A stretch of 64,000 nucleotides of DNA from an uncultured Bacteroidales bacterium (GTDB taxonomy: Bacteria > Bacteroidota > Bacteroidia > Bacteroidales > FEN-979), in assembly GCA_963800585.1 (NCBI GenBank), contig CAWDBP010000006.1:219400-283399 (forward strand), given 5' to 3'. The number at the start of each line of letters is the position of its first letter. Positions within the stretch are counted from its first letter, which is position 1. The position numbers and the translations under genes are program-made. The notes under the pieces were generated by a model that was not told the origin of the DNA, searched no databases, and worked only from the letters and a program-made list of their open reading frames with translations. Positions 10,077 through 18,776 of the stretch are shown in pieces.

Positions 10077-10583
10077 ATGAGACACCCCATCCCCTTAAAA
10101 GAGCGAAAAACCGACTACATCTACATCGCTTTCTTCCTGGTCAATCTGTTGTTTATTACCTACATCGTTGACCTGGAGCAGTTAGTGATAAAAGACCCGG
10201 CAAATTTTAAATATCCTCTGTGGCCTTTACCTTTCTTTGTCGATATGGTTCATTGGTGGGGAAATAATTTTGACCCGTTACAAAATGCGCGACCGATGTG
10301 GTGGAAAGCAACCATCTGGCTCGATGTTCTTTTCTTCGGGCCCTATTACCTGGCAGCAACTTATGCCTTCATTAAAGGTAAAGACTGGATACGAATTCCC
10401 ACAATTATCATAATGTCCATTCTGTTTACCAATGTATTCATCATTCTCAGTGAAGAAATTGGGGGAACAATAACTGCAAAGAATTTACCACTGGTAATAC
10501 TTGCTAATGCTCCATGGTTTCTCTTTCCGGTCTTTCTAATCTGGAAAATGTGGAAACATCCGTATCCCTTTACGAGGGAGTAG
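10077..10583 (+). CDS. EXPERA-domain membrane protein, TMEM97/sigma-2-receptor-like
   Basis: 168 aa with 4 predicted TM segments. The segment PYYLAATYAFIKGKDWIRIPTIIIMS aligns with my recollection of human TMEM97 (ATYAFLKGSCKWIRTPAIIY). The upstream WWGNNFDPL...WWKA resembles its KWYAKEFKDPL...WFKS. Confidence 0.7.
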   Translation: MRHPIPLKERKTDYIYIAFFLVNLLFITYIVDLEQLVIKDPANFKYPLWPLPFFVDMVHWWGNNFDPLQNARPMWWKATIWLDVLFFGPYYLAATYAFIKGKDWIRIPTIIIMSILFTNVFIILSEEIGGTITAKNLPLVILANAPWFLFPVFLIWKMWKHPYPFTRE

Positions 10584-10618
10584 GAACCGATTTTACCGTT
10601 TCGACAATTCAAAAAAGT

Positions 10619-10850
10619 CAGCAGTCCGCAGTCCGCAGTCGGTAATTCGCAGTCAGACGGCAGAGAATCGTCGATAGTTTGGGGACGGGAGTTTATGAAT
10701 TACCCCAGACTTTAGGCTGGGGGCCCTGGAACATAACTTTATCTGGGCTTTAGCCCAAATCTTTACCACCCTAATTCTTGGACTAAAGCTATAAATAACT
10801 GATTTATCAATCCACTCTCAACTGCCGACTGCCGACTGCGAACTGCCGAC
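10619..10850. repeat. Inverted pair of ACTGCCG heptamer arrays flanking a hairpin-rich core of about 155 nt
   Basis: Left arm 10619-10665 (CAGCAGTCCGCAGTCCGCAGTCGG...) is the imperfect reverse complement of right arm 10821-10850 (ACTGCCGACTGCCGACTGCGAACTGCCGAC). The core contains CCCCAG..CTGGGG and GGGCTTTAGCCC palindromes. Confidence 0.8.
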
Positions 10851-10855
10851 TAAAA

Positions 10856-13800
10856 TCAGTCATGCAAACACCTCACTGATAATCCATTCGCACTGCTTGC
10901 CGGATAAATCGACACGCTCGGATCCGTGTCATTCATCCCATACGCCCAAACCTTATATCCCCCATAAGCCGTCGACGACCAAAAGAACGTCGCAAACCCC
11001 TTAAAATCCCAACTCTTATTAATATGCCTCATTCCCGATAACAATGCATTAAACCCCGAATACCCCGAATACTTCAACGGACTTCCAGCAAAGCTATTGT
11101 TAACGTAATTGGCAAATAATGTATTCCAGTCATTCTCTGTCGGTATATGCCAACCAGGGGGACAGAAACCCTGGTCAGCCGGAGTAACATCATATTGTAT
11201 AAGTTCATCCCACTGGTACAATCCTCCTTGATTTGTACAGTTTACAGGATTATCATTGTAACAATACTTCTCTGAAACACAGTTATCCCTTTGGTCTTGT
11301 GAGGATGCGAGGATCGTTCCAAAGTTTAAGTTCGCAGCAAGCCAGCACTGTGCCCCAATCTGAACGGTTGGATATACTTTATTATCACGAATGTCAGTGA
11401 GGTTATTCCCACAAGAAAAACCCTGAGCAGCCTGAACAATAATATGAATGCTTTTACTGGCAGTACACAGAAACTGATTGGTGTATGTGTAAGTGATAGT
11501 CTTTGTGCCGACACCTGCTAATGATGGTGTAAATATACCGGTTAATGGATTAACTCCCGGCCCGGAATAGGTCCCGCCTGGTGGGATTCCTCCTTTGAGG
11601 GTAATTGGTTTGGCATTAACCGTCGTTATTGTATCAAAACATGCAGTAAAAGTAACTATTGGAGCCAGTGTCCCGCTCATGATGATCTCTGATGAACTTG
11701 CTGGATTTCCTGTAACACAACTCAGATTTGAGGTTATGACACAACGCACGCTGTCGTTATTTACCGGGTTATAGGTGAATGTGGGTGAGTTTGTTCCCGC
11801 ATTCATTCCATTTACTTTCCATTGGTAAGATGGAGTTGTTCCTCCATTTATTGGTGTAGCACTGAATATAACTGACGATCCAGGACAGAAAGGGTTTGAT
11901 GATGCAGCGATTGTGACCCCAGCCGGAAGATTTGAATTGACAATCATCGTTATTATATTCGATGTCGCCGGGTTACCAATCGGGCAGGCAACACTTGAAT
12001 TCAGTTCACAGGTAACGATATCCCCGTTTGTGGGAGAATAAGAAAAATTAGGACTATTGATTCCAACATTTAAACCATTAACTTTCCATTGATATGAAGG
12101 ATTACCTCCATTGGTCGGGCTTGCAGTATAGGTGACAGTAGTTCCGGCACAAACGGGGTTTCCAGAAGCAGTGAGTGTTACGCTGACTGGCAGGTTGGGA
12201 TTTACAACCATCGTGATTGCATTGGAAGTGGCAGGGTTGTTTGAAATGCATGCTATTATTGAAGAAGTAAGAATACAGTTCACAATATCACCATTTAATG
12301 GTGTGTAAGTATAGGTCGTTGAATTTATCCCTGCATTGATGCCATTAACTTTCCACTGATAAACAGGGTTTGTTCCCGGATTTGTCGGTGTTGCTGTATA
12401 GGTCACCTGTGTTCCGGCACAAATGTTGCTTTGGGAGGCCGAAATGACAACGCTCACCGGTGCCCCGGGTGTTACAGTGTCCTGGTAGTCAACTGTCGCC
12501 CCCGCGCAGCTACCCACCTTCGGGGTAATGTGATAAGTTACAATGCCCGGAGTCGCAAGATTATCAGTAAGAACTTGGTTGATAATAAGTCCTGAATCTG
12601 CACTGAAACCTGTTATATTTCCTGAAGTAAGACTGGTTGTCCAGTGAAATGTAGTTACGGGCACTGAGGATGTCAGAACAATATATGTAGAATCCCCCGA
12701 ACATATCGATTCTGAAAGCGGGTTATTCGTAACTGAAGGAACAGGTGTCGTTGTCAATTGTACAGTATCTATTCCAAAACATTGACTGCTATTAGTGACT
12801 GTGACATCATATGTCCCTGCCTGGCCTGTCCGGAAGGTCTGAGAAGTTCCAACTGTTAATCCCGTTCCTATGTTTTTCCATACGTAAGTACATCCTGAGC
12901 AGGCTCCTGCATCGAAAGTAGTCGAATCGCCAATACATATTGTCCTATCTGCACCAAGTACGACCTGTGGACTTGCTACAATTGTTATTGTTTGCCGGGA
13001 TGTATCCGTTCTGTTGTCATTGTGTCTGACAAACAACGTAACAGTATAGTTTCCCACATTAGAATAGACATGAGAAGGCGCATTCAAAGTCGAATTATTG
13101 TTCATTCCTGAACCTGGATCACCAAAATCCCAGTGAGTGCTGTCGGGTAATGGCCATATATCACCTGAAAAGTGCACTGAATCATTTTGGCATAGGCTAG
13201 AATGATGAATATAGGCTTTATATTTCTCAAGATACTGTGGAAGATTATACAAACTTGCCCTTCCTTGCAATGAGACAAAATTCTGGACAAACTGGCATCC
13301 CACTCCGGCTATATTTGGGTATTGAATTACAGTTAAGGAATCTTTATTTGGTTTGGTCCCATATATCTTATCATCCGGTCCACGTTGTAAACCCGAGGAG
13401 GATTGGTAAATATATCCAAGTATAACCCCGCTTTGGAGAAATGAGAGTGAATCTGTCTGAGTAGCATCAAACTGAAATATGTATGTTAATCCAGTCCCCT
13501 CCCAAAATGCACCTGATATATAAAGCAGTTTTGAGTTTTTTGAAAACTCTGCATCCGTCGGACTATGAAGGCCACTATTATTTATTGTCGGCAGTGAACT
13601 GTTGAACAAGGGCGTGATGCTTCCGGTAGAAGAATTAAATGAACAAAATTCAAATGAAGTATCATAAATACAAATCATTTTCGTCCCATCCGGAGAAATT
13701 TTAATTGATTCGATCTCATTGCCAGAATTAGAAAATGGTAAATGATAATTACTGTTGCTATATACAGGGGTTGTGTTCAGCCCTGAAGTCGTGATAAGAT

Positions 13801-14350
13801 ATGAGGCATAGAGTTGATTTCCTGAAATGTTCCATTTTCTTACCACAATCCATACATCTTTATTGTTATGATGACGTATTCCGGTTAATGCCCCGGAAGC
13901 ATCTGTTGCACCGGGCACAACCACGTTTTTTCTTGTGGTATCAATGTCTCCTGAACCACCATCAAGTCTCATATTAATAATCGAATATCTTAAGCCGTCC
14001 GTATACATCATAGGACTCATTGAACCCACGGTAAAATAATAATATGAACTATCATCATTCAACTGTCGAACTGAAAAGTTTGTCTGCATTATCATCTGGG
14101 AACCCCCTAAGAGTCCGCTTCCATGTGGCATATCATTATTACTTCTATTTAAAACCCATCCATAATTACCATAAAATAGCAAATTACCCGAAGAATCGGA
14201 AACGCATGTTTGAGACCCACTTCCGTCAAACCCGCAATTAAGCAAAGGAACAGGAACTCCCGAATTGAAATCAACACCTGCCCGGTTTCCAAAATACCAA
14301 TTGTTGAATTCACCCTGGGAAAACCCAAGGAAAGGCATCAACATAATCAA
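10856..14350 (-). CDS. Large secreted multi-domain protein: N-terminal beta-propeller-like region, PKD-like domain, three tandem 89-aa Ig-like repeats and a C-terminal Fibrobacter-succinogenes-major-paralogous (FISUMP) domain
   Basis: 1164-aa ORF. The C-terminus (DIRDNKVYPTVQIGAQCWLAANLN...GGLYQWDE...CPPGWHIPTENDW...FWSST) matches the FISUMP/TIGR02145 pattern. A YQWKVNG-containing unit is repeated three times. The start is uncertain (see finding at 14350-14564). Confidence 0.8.
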   Translation of the reverse strand: MIMLMPFLGFSQGEFNNWYFGNRAGVDFNSGVPVPLLNCGFDGSGSQTCVSDSSGNLLFYGNYGWVLNRSNNDMPHGSGLLGGSQMIMQTNFSVRQLNDDSSYYYFTVGSMSPMMYTDGLRYSIINMRLDGGSGDIDTTRKNVVVPGATDASGALTGIRHHNNKDVWIVVRKWNISGNQLYASYLITTSGLNTTPVYSNSNYHLPFSNSGNEIESIKISPDGTKMICIYDTSFEFCSFNSSTGSITPLFNSSLPTINNSGLHSPTDAEFSKNSKLLYISGAFWEGTGLTYIFQFDATQTDSLSFLQSGVILGYIYQSSSGLQRGPDDKIYGTKPNKDSLTVIQYPNIAGVGCQFVQNFVSLQGRASLYNLPQYLEKYKAYIHHSSLCQNDSVHFSGDIWPLPDSTHWDFGDPGSGMNNNSTLNAPSHVYSNVGNYTVTLFVRHNDNRTDTSRQTITIVASPQVVLGADRTICIGDSTTFDAGACSGCTYVWKNIGTGLTVGTSQTFRTGQAGTYDVTVTNSSQCFGIDTVQLTTTPVPSVTNNPLSESICSGDSTYIVLTSSVPVTTFHWTTSLTSGNITGFSADSGLIINQVLTDNLATPGIVTYHITPKVGSCAGATVDYQDTVTPGAPVSVVISASQSNICAGTQVTYTATPTNPGTNPVYQWKVNGINAGINSTTYTYTPLNGDIVNCILTSSIIACISNNPATSNAITMVVNPNLPVSVTLTASGNPVCAGTTVTYTASPTNGGNPSYQWKVNGLNVGINSPNFSYSPTNGDIVTCELNSSVACPIGNPATSNIITMIVNSNLPAGVTIAASSNPFCPGSSVIFSATPINGGTTPSYQWKVNGMNAGTNSPTFTYNPVNNDSVRCVITSNLSCVTGNPASSSEIIMSGTLAPIVTFTACFDTITTVNAKPITLKGGIPPGGTYSGPGVNPLTGIFTPSLAGVGTKTITYTYTNQFLCTASKSIHIIVQAAQGFSCGNNLTDIRDNKVYPTVQIGAQCWLAANLNFGTILASSQDQRDNCVSEKYCYNDNPVNCTNQGGLYQWDELIQYDVTPADQGFCPPGWHIPTENDWNTLFANYVNNSFAGSPLKYSGYSGFNALLSGMRHINKSWDFKGFATFFWSSTAYGGYKVWAYGMNDTDPSVSIYPASSANGLSVRCLHD
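11660..12462 (-). repeat. Three tandem 267-nt (89-codon) intragenic repeats encoding Ig-like YQWKVNG units
   Basis: The YQWKVNG-coding strings are at 11808-11833, 12075-12100 and 12341-12368, spaced exactly 267 nt apart. The units are diverged at both protein and DNA level. Confidence 0.85.
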
Positions 14351-14377
14351 CCCGGTGATGAATTTAGTTTTAATCTG

Positions 14378-14462
14378 AGCGAAGTGGTGAAAAATTGTAA
14401 ATGGTGCAGGGACTCAAAATTTTGAGCCCGTACAAGATCGTGAATGGTGAGGTAGTAAAATG
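14378..14462 (-). repeat. Composite module (GTACGGGCTCAAAATTTTGAGTCCCTGCACCATTTACAATTTTTCACCACTTCGC plus CACCATTCACG words), reverse orientation
   Basis: Its reverse complement matches the composite at 46874-46940. It contains the 14-nt palindrome CTCAAAATTTTGAG. Confidence 0.8.
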
Positions 14463-14660
14463 TTGAAATCGGGAAAAATTGTTTGAGGGAATAAGTTTAG
14501 CTGGACCGCATAAAAAAATTGTGATCAGGAAAAGAAAAAGAGAAGAGAGTAAAACTCTTTTCATTTTGTCGGGGTTAACTAAAGCAAAAGTAAAGAATTA
14601 CTCGTCATTATCAAGACATTAAATATTTACAATGGTTGTCTTTATTAAAAAAATAAGTCT

Positions 14661-14790
14661 CCAGTTCACCAGTTCACCACGTCACCAGTTCACTCTGTCA
14701 CCAGTTCACTACATCACTATGTCACTCTGTCACCACTTCACCACGTCACCAGTTCACCACATTCTTCCACGTCATGCGTCACGATTTGTC
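14661..14790 (+). repeat. Longest word array: 12 consecutive 8-mers (CCAGTTCA/CCACGTCA/CTCTGTCA variants) with a degenerate CGTCA tail
   Basis: Units tile exactly from 14661 to 14756 with period 8. The tail 14757-14790 contains CCACGTCATGCGTCACG. Confidence 0.9.
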
Positions 14791-14795
14791 CTCCG

Positions 14796-15953
14796 CTATT
14801 CGAAGTGTAGTGTAATCGACACCACCTCCGGCCTGTTCCCGATCCTCATTGGAGGTCCCCAGGTGCCATAGCCGCATGAAACGTAAAAATTGGTATTCCC
14901 TTTTTTCTTATATCCCCAGCTAACCTCATAAATGGCATTGGTGATGTAATTAAAAGGCCATATCTGCCCATGATGGGTATGGCCTGATAATTGAAGGTCA
15001 ACACCCAGTTGCTCCGGTATTGAAAGCTGAAAAGGCTGATGATCCATCAGGATGATAGGATAGGAGTGATCAACGCCATTCAGGATATCCACCAGCGGCT
15101 TCCTCGGTTTCCCCGTAAATCGTGTCTTATCACGGTCATCACGGCCCGCTAAATAGAACCGGTTGTCGATAAGCTCTGCCGTGTCTGAAAGAAATTTGAT
15201 GTTATGAGCGGTAAGGTAAGCCACTGCCTCTTCAGCCCCGCCAATATACTCATGGTTGCCGGTAATGGCATATACTCCGAGCGGGGCATAAAAGTTACTG
15301 AGTGTCTCGCCTAAATTACGGCGGATCACCGGTTTCAGGTCTTCATCCACCAAATCACCTGCCAGCAGGATAATATCCGGATGCAGGCCATTGATCATCC
15401 TGACCAGCCTCGAAGCTCCTCTCTTTCCAACAAGCGTCGCCAAATGAATATCCGACGCCATAGCGATCTTTAACGTCTTGCTACCCTGAACACTCTTTGC
15501 AATGTTCAGATCCAGCGTTCGGACCACCGGGTTCCTTGCATTTATAAAACCGGCCGTAATAGTGATCATTACTATTCCGGTAGTAATAAAAAGAGTGATC
15601 AGCTTGGTCTTCTGATAATCCGCATAGAAAATTTGCGGGAATATCGGAATGAAATGATTGATCAGCCGCGCAAAATCGAGGAGAAGAACAGCCATGACAA
15701 AATAAGCCATCGCTCCCAGCCAGAACGACCATATCCAGGTCATCACCTCCGTGAAATCGCAGGGATAGATCCTTTCCAGGAACCTGGCAACAATAAATGA
15801 TCCTGCTACTACCCAGAAAAGGACGATCGCCCAAACCCTGAATGATGACCCCGCAGGTATGCATTGAAGGAATCGTGTGAAAATATAGGTGTTCAGCAGT
15901 CCATAGATGACCAGGACGATCGAGAAAAAAATAATAAATGGAGCTATCTTCAT
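14796..15953 (-). CDS. Membrane-anchored metallophosphoesterase (YkuE-like)
   Basis: 385 aa with 4 N-terminal TM helices, then DIHL, GDLVD, GNHE and GHTHHGQ calcineurin-like motifs. Confidence 0.85.
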   Translation of the reverse strand: MKIAPFIIFFSIVLVIYGLLNTYIFTRFLQCIPAGSSFRVWAIVLFWVVAGSFIVARFLERIYPCDFTEVMTWIWSFWLGAMAYFVMAVLLLDFARLINHFIPIFPQIFYADYQKTKLITLFITTGIVMITITAGFINARNPVVRTLDLNIAKSVQGSKTLKIAMASDIHLATLVGKRGASRLVRMINGLHPDIILLAGDLVDEDLKPVIRRNLGETLSNFYAPLGVYAITGNHEYIGGAEEAVAYLTAHNIKFLSDTAELIDNRFYLAGRDDRDKTRFTGKPRKPLVDILNGVDHSYPIILMDHQPFQLSIPEQLGVDLQLSGHTHHGQIWPFNYITNAIYEVSWGYKKKGNTNFYVSCGYGTWGPPMRIGNRPEVVSITLHFE

Positions 15954-15954
15954 A

Positions 15955-17514
15955 TTAAAACCTGAAATAAATAAAGGGTTGTATACCCGATATCCTGAAT
16001 TGGTAAATGATGAATATCACACAGATCACGGCAATCACTTTTCCATAATCAGGCATCGCCACAAAGGAACGTTTTACTGCATCTTTTATTTTTGAAGGAG
16101 CCAGGATCACTGAGAATCCAATTAATAGCAGGATAAATTCTTTCCGGTAAGCAGTAAAGATCTGATCTGCCAGCCCCATATGGAACTGAAAAAGCATTTT
16201 TTTCATCAGGATAGTGAAGTCTCCCGCACTCTGGATGCGGAATACGATCCAGGTGAAGACAATGAAATGGAAAGTAAAGAACCATGAAAAAAACGACCTT
16301 AAGGGATGGCGGCCCTTTTTACTGCGTGTCTTTGGATATATTAATTTATGAATGGCAAGAGCAGTGCCATGCAGCCCTCCCCAAATAATGAAATTCAGTG
16401 CCGCGCCATGCCATAATCCGCATAAGAAGAAGGTGAGAAGGATACCGGCCACATAGATCAGCCGCTCAGTTCGGATGTTGAAATAGCGCGGCCTGGTCAT
16501 TTTATCCGACAGGAAATAGGCAACCGGAAGAAACAGGTAATCACGAAACCAGGTCGTCAGGCTCATGTGCCAGCGCCTCCAGAAGTCGCTGATATTTCTT
16601 GCCTTATAAGGCGAATCGAAATTGGGAGGTAACCGGTACCCGAGTAATAAGGCAATCCCGATGGCAAGATCGGTATATCCTGAAAAATCAAAGTAGATCT
16701 GGAGAGTATAGCCATAAGCTGCCAGCAGACTTTCAAAACCGGTGAAAAGCTTCGGATTATCGAATACCCGGCTTACAAAATTCACTGAAAGATAATCTGC
16801 AAAAACGATCTTTTTGACCAATCCTGAAATGATCAGGAACAGTGCAAGTCCAAATTCATCTTTGGTCAATTCATAGGGTTTGCTGATTTGGTCGAATAAA
16901 ATACTGCGGCTTGACAATAGGGCCGGAGATGAGATAAGTGGAAAGAAGGTGATGTAAAATCCAAAATCACTGAATTCATGAACGGGCTCTATTTTTTTCC
17001 TGTAGACCTCAATCGAATAACTGATAAGCTGGAAAGTAAAAAATGAGATTCCCAGTGGGACAAGGATATCCGTGATGCTTAAGTGGGTTCCGGCTTAAAT
17101 GGTTAAATCCCCAGTTAATAAAATTGAATACCTTAAAATGACTTCCCGTCACCTGGTTGAACAGCGAAATGAAGAAAGAGATGTACTTAAACCATACCAG
17201 CATCCCCAGGTTTAAAAAGATGCTTAGCAGCAGAATCGGTTTTCTCTTGTTTTTTTCACCAGTCCTTCCGCTCTAGGATCCCCAGGTAGAAATTAACAAC
17301 GACGGCAAGTAAGAAGCAGTATAACGAATCCCCCGCCGCATTTATAATAGAAGAAGAGGCTTGATAGGAATAAAAAAAGATTGCGCCACCTGGTCTTTGA
17401 ATGAATGAACGAGAAAACAAACAGAATGATCCCGAAGAATATCCAGAAATTAATACTTGTGAAAATCAGCGGCGAATCAGAATCATAACCAAAGAAACTT
17501 TTCAGGAAGTCCAT
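15955..17514 (-). pseudogene. MBOAT family O-acyltransferase (AlgI/PatA/DltB type), reading frame interrupted
   Basis: Track ORFs 17293..17514, 17009..17203 and 15955..16917 are consecutive pieces of one MBOAT. These are the N-terminal part (RW..LFLFLSSLFFYY), the middle part (LLLSIFLNLGMLVWFKY) and the C-terminal part (FDFSGYTDLAIG, FWRRWHMSL, GLWHGA). Frames run 0, 2, 1, 0 along the minus strand. Confidence 0.75.
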
Positions 17515-17519
17515 TCTCT

Positions 17520-18776
17520 TTATTCTGAGGGTTCTGTCGAATCAATAAATGATGAATAAGCATTCATGAAGGCCCCGAACAAAAGGTCGGCCTGGATTAT
17601 ATACCCCTGTTTGTCAAAATGCAGCTTGTCCTTCGCAACAAGGCCATCCTTATACCAGTTCATGATCGACTTCGGACCGCCCATCAGCGAATAAAAGTCC
17701 CACACGGCACAATCGGTCTGCTTTGCAGTTTCAAGGATTGCCTCCCTTGCTTTTTCCATATTCAGGTTGTCGGTCCTGTGCCTCCGGTAACTGTCACCCG
17801 GAACCGTCAGCAGGATTGGCACCCCCGGATCGGCCTCACGGATCGTCTTCACCAGCTCAACATAATTTGCAATGAATTCATCTTTATTAAAATGCAGGGG
17901 ATAGGCATCATTGGTCCCCAGCGAAATGATCACCCAGGCAGGCTTCATGCTGCCGAGCTGATCTTTCAACTGATCACACCGTAAAAATGAGGTGACTTCC
18001 GCGCCATTTACCCCGGAAGCAGAATAAACAATTCCGGCATCTTCATTCTCAAAATCAATTCCGTATAAAGTAAAATAGTGCCATGTCGTGTCTTTTCTTA
18101 CGATCCGTATTCTCAGTGAATCGCGAATGATCGTATCAAACCGGATATCAGTATATCCACTCCGGATAGACCTGACTGTGTGATACATCCCTTCAAGCCC
18201 TGGAAAATCGATCCGGAAACTTGTGTCAATCAGGTCATGGAACACCCGTATATAATTAAACTCACGGAAAGTTGCGTTTTCTTTAAAGTGGAAAGTCATC
18301 CCTGCCAGTGTATCCCGCGTCCTGACAATAATCCCGGTCAACCCCAGGCTGCAGCTTTTAGTGAGTTCAACATTCCTGCAGTGATCCCACCTTCCCGTAT
18401 ACCTCACCGAGTAATCTGCCGGATTGTTGGTCCTTGCTATCCTGTAAGGGAAAATCAGCCCCCTGGCCCCGCATCCCGACGAGATGAAAGTGGCGAATTC
18501 TTTCCGCATCTCTTCAGGGAAAAATCCTGCCTGGATATGCGAATCGCCTATCTGTACAATGTTGATGGTGCCTTCACCCTTCAGGATAAGAGTGTTCAGC
18601 GACTGGAAAAAGGAGGCATAATTCTTTTCTGCATCTCCATAATAGATAAAGCTGTTGTCTGTATTCTCATTCGTCCGGGGTCTGGAATGTATTGATTTAG
18701 TGTGCTGGGCCTGCAGCGTGATCATTGCAGCCAGCAAAGAAAGTACCAGGGATAGTCTTTGGATATTGTTTTTCAT
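17520..18776 (-). CDS. SGNH/GDSL hydrolase-fold protein (acetyltransferase/esterase type), secreted
   Basis: 418 aa with a signal peptide. SGNH blocks IVQIGDSHIQ, GVNGA, LGTNDA and DKLHFD. Confidence 0.8.
   Translation of the reverse strand: MKNNIQRLSLVLSLLAAMITLQAQHTKSIHSRPRTNENTDNSFIYYGDAEKNYASFFQSLNTLILKGEGTINIVQIGDSHIQAGFFPEEMRKEFATFISSGCGARGLIFPYRIARTNNPADYSVRYTGRWDHCRNVELTKSCSLGLTGIIVRTRDTLAGMTFHFKENATFREFNYIRVFHDLIDTSFRIDFPGLEGMYHTVRSIRSGYTDIRFDTIIRDSLRIRIVRKDTTWHYFTLYGIDFENEDAGIVYSASGVNGAEVTSFLRCDQLKDQLGSMKPAWVIISLGTNDAYPLHFNKDEFIANYVELVKTIREADPGVPILLTVPGDSYRRHRTDNLNMEKAREAILETAKQTDCAVWDFYSLMGGPKSIMNWYKDGLVAKDKLHFDKQGYIIQADLLFGAFMNAYSSFIDSTEPSE

Noticed and set aside
14661-14790. The word arrays here, and at 24325, 10821 and 43151, might be CRISPR arrays.
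   Set aside because: The period is only 7-8 nt with no unique spacers. There are no cas genes in the window, and the units are degenerate rather than conserved repeats separated by variable spacers.
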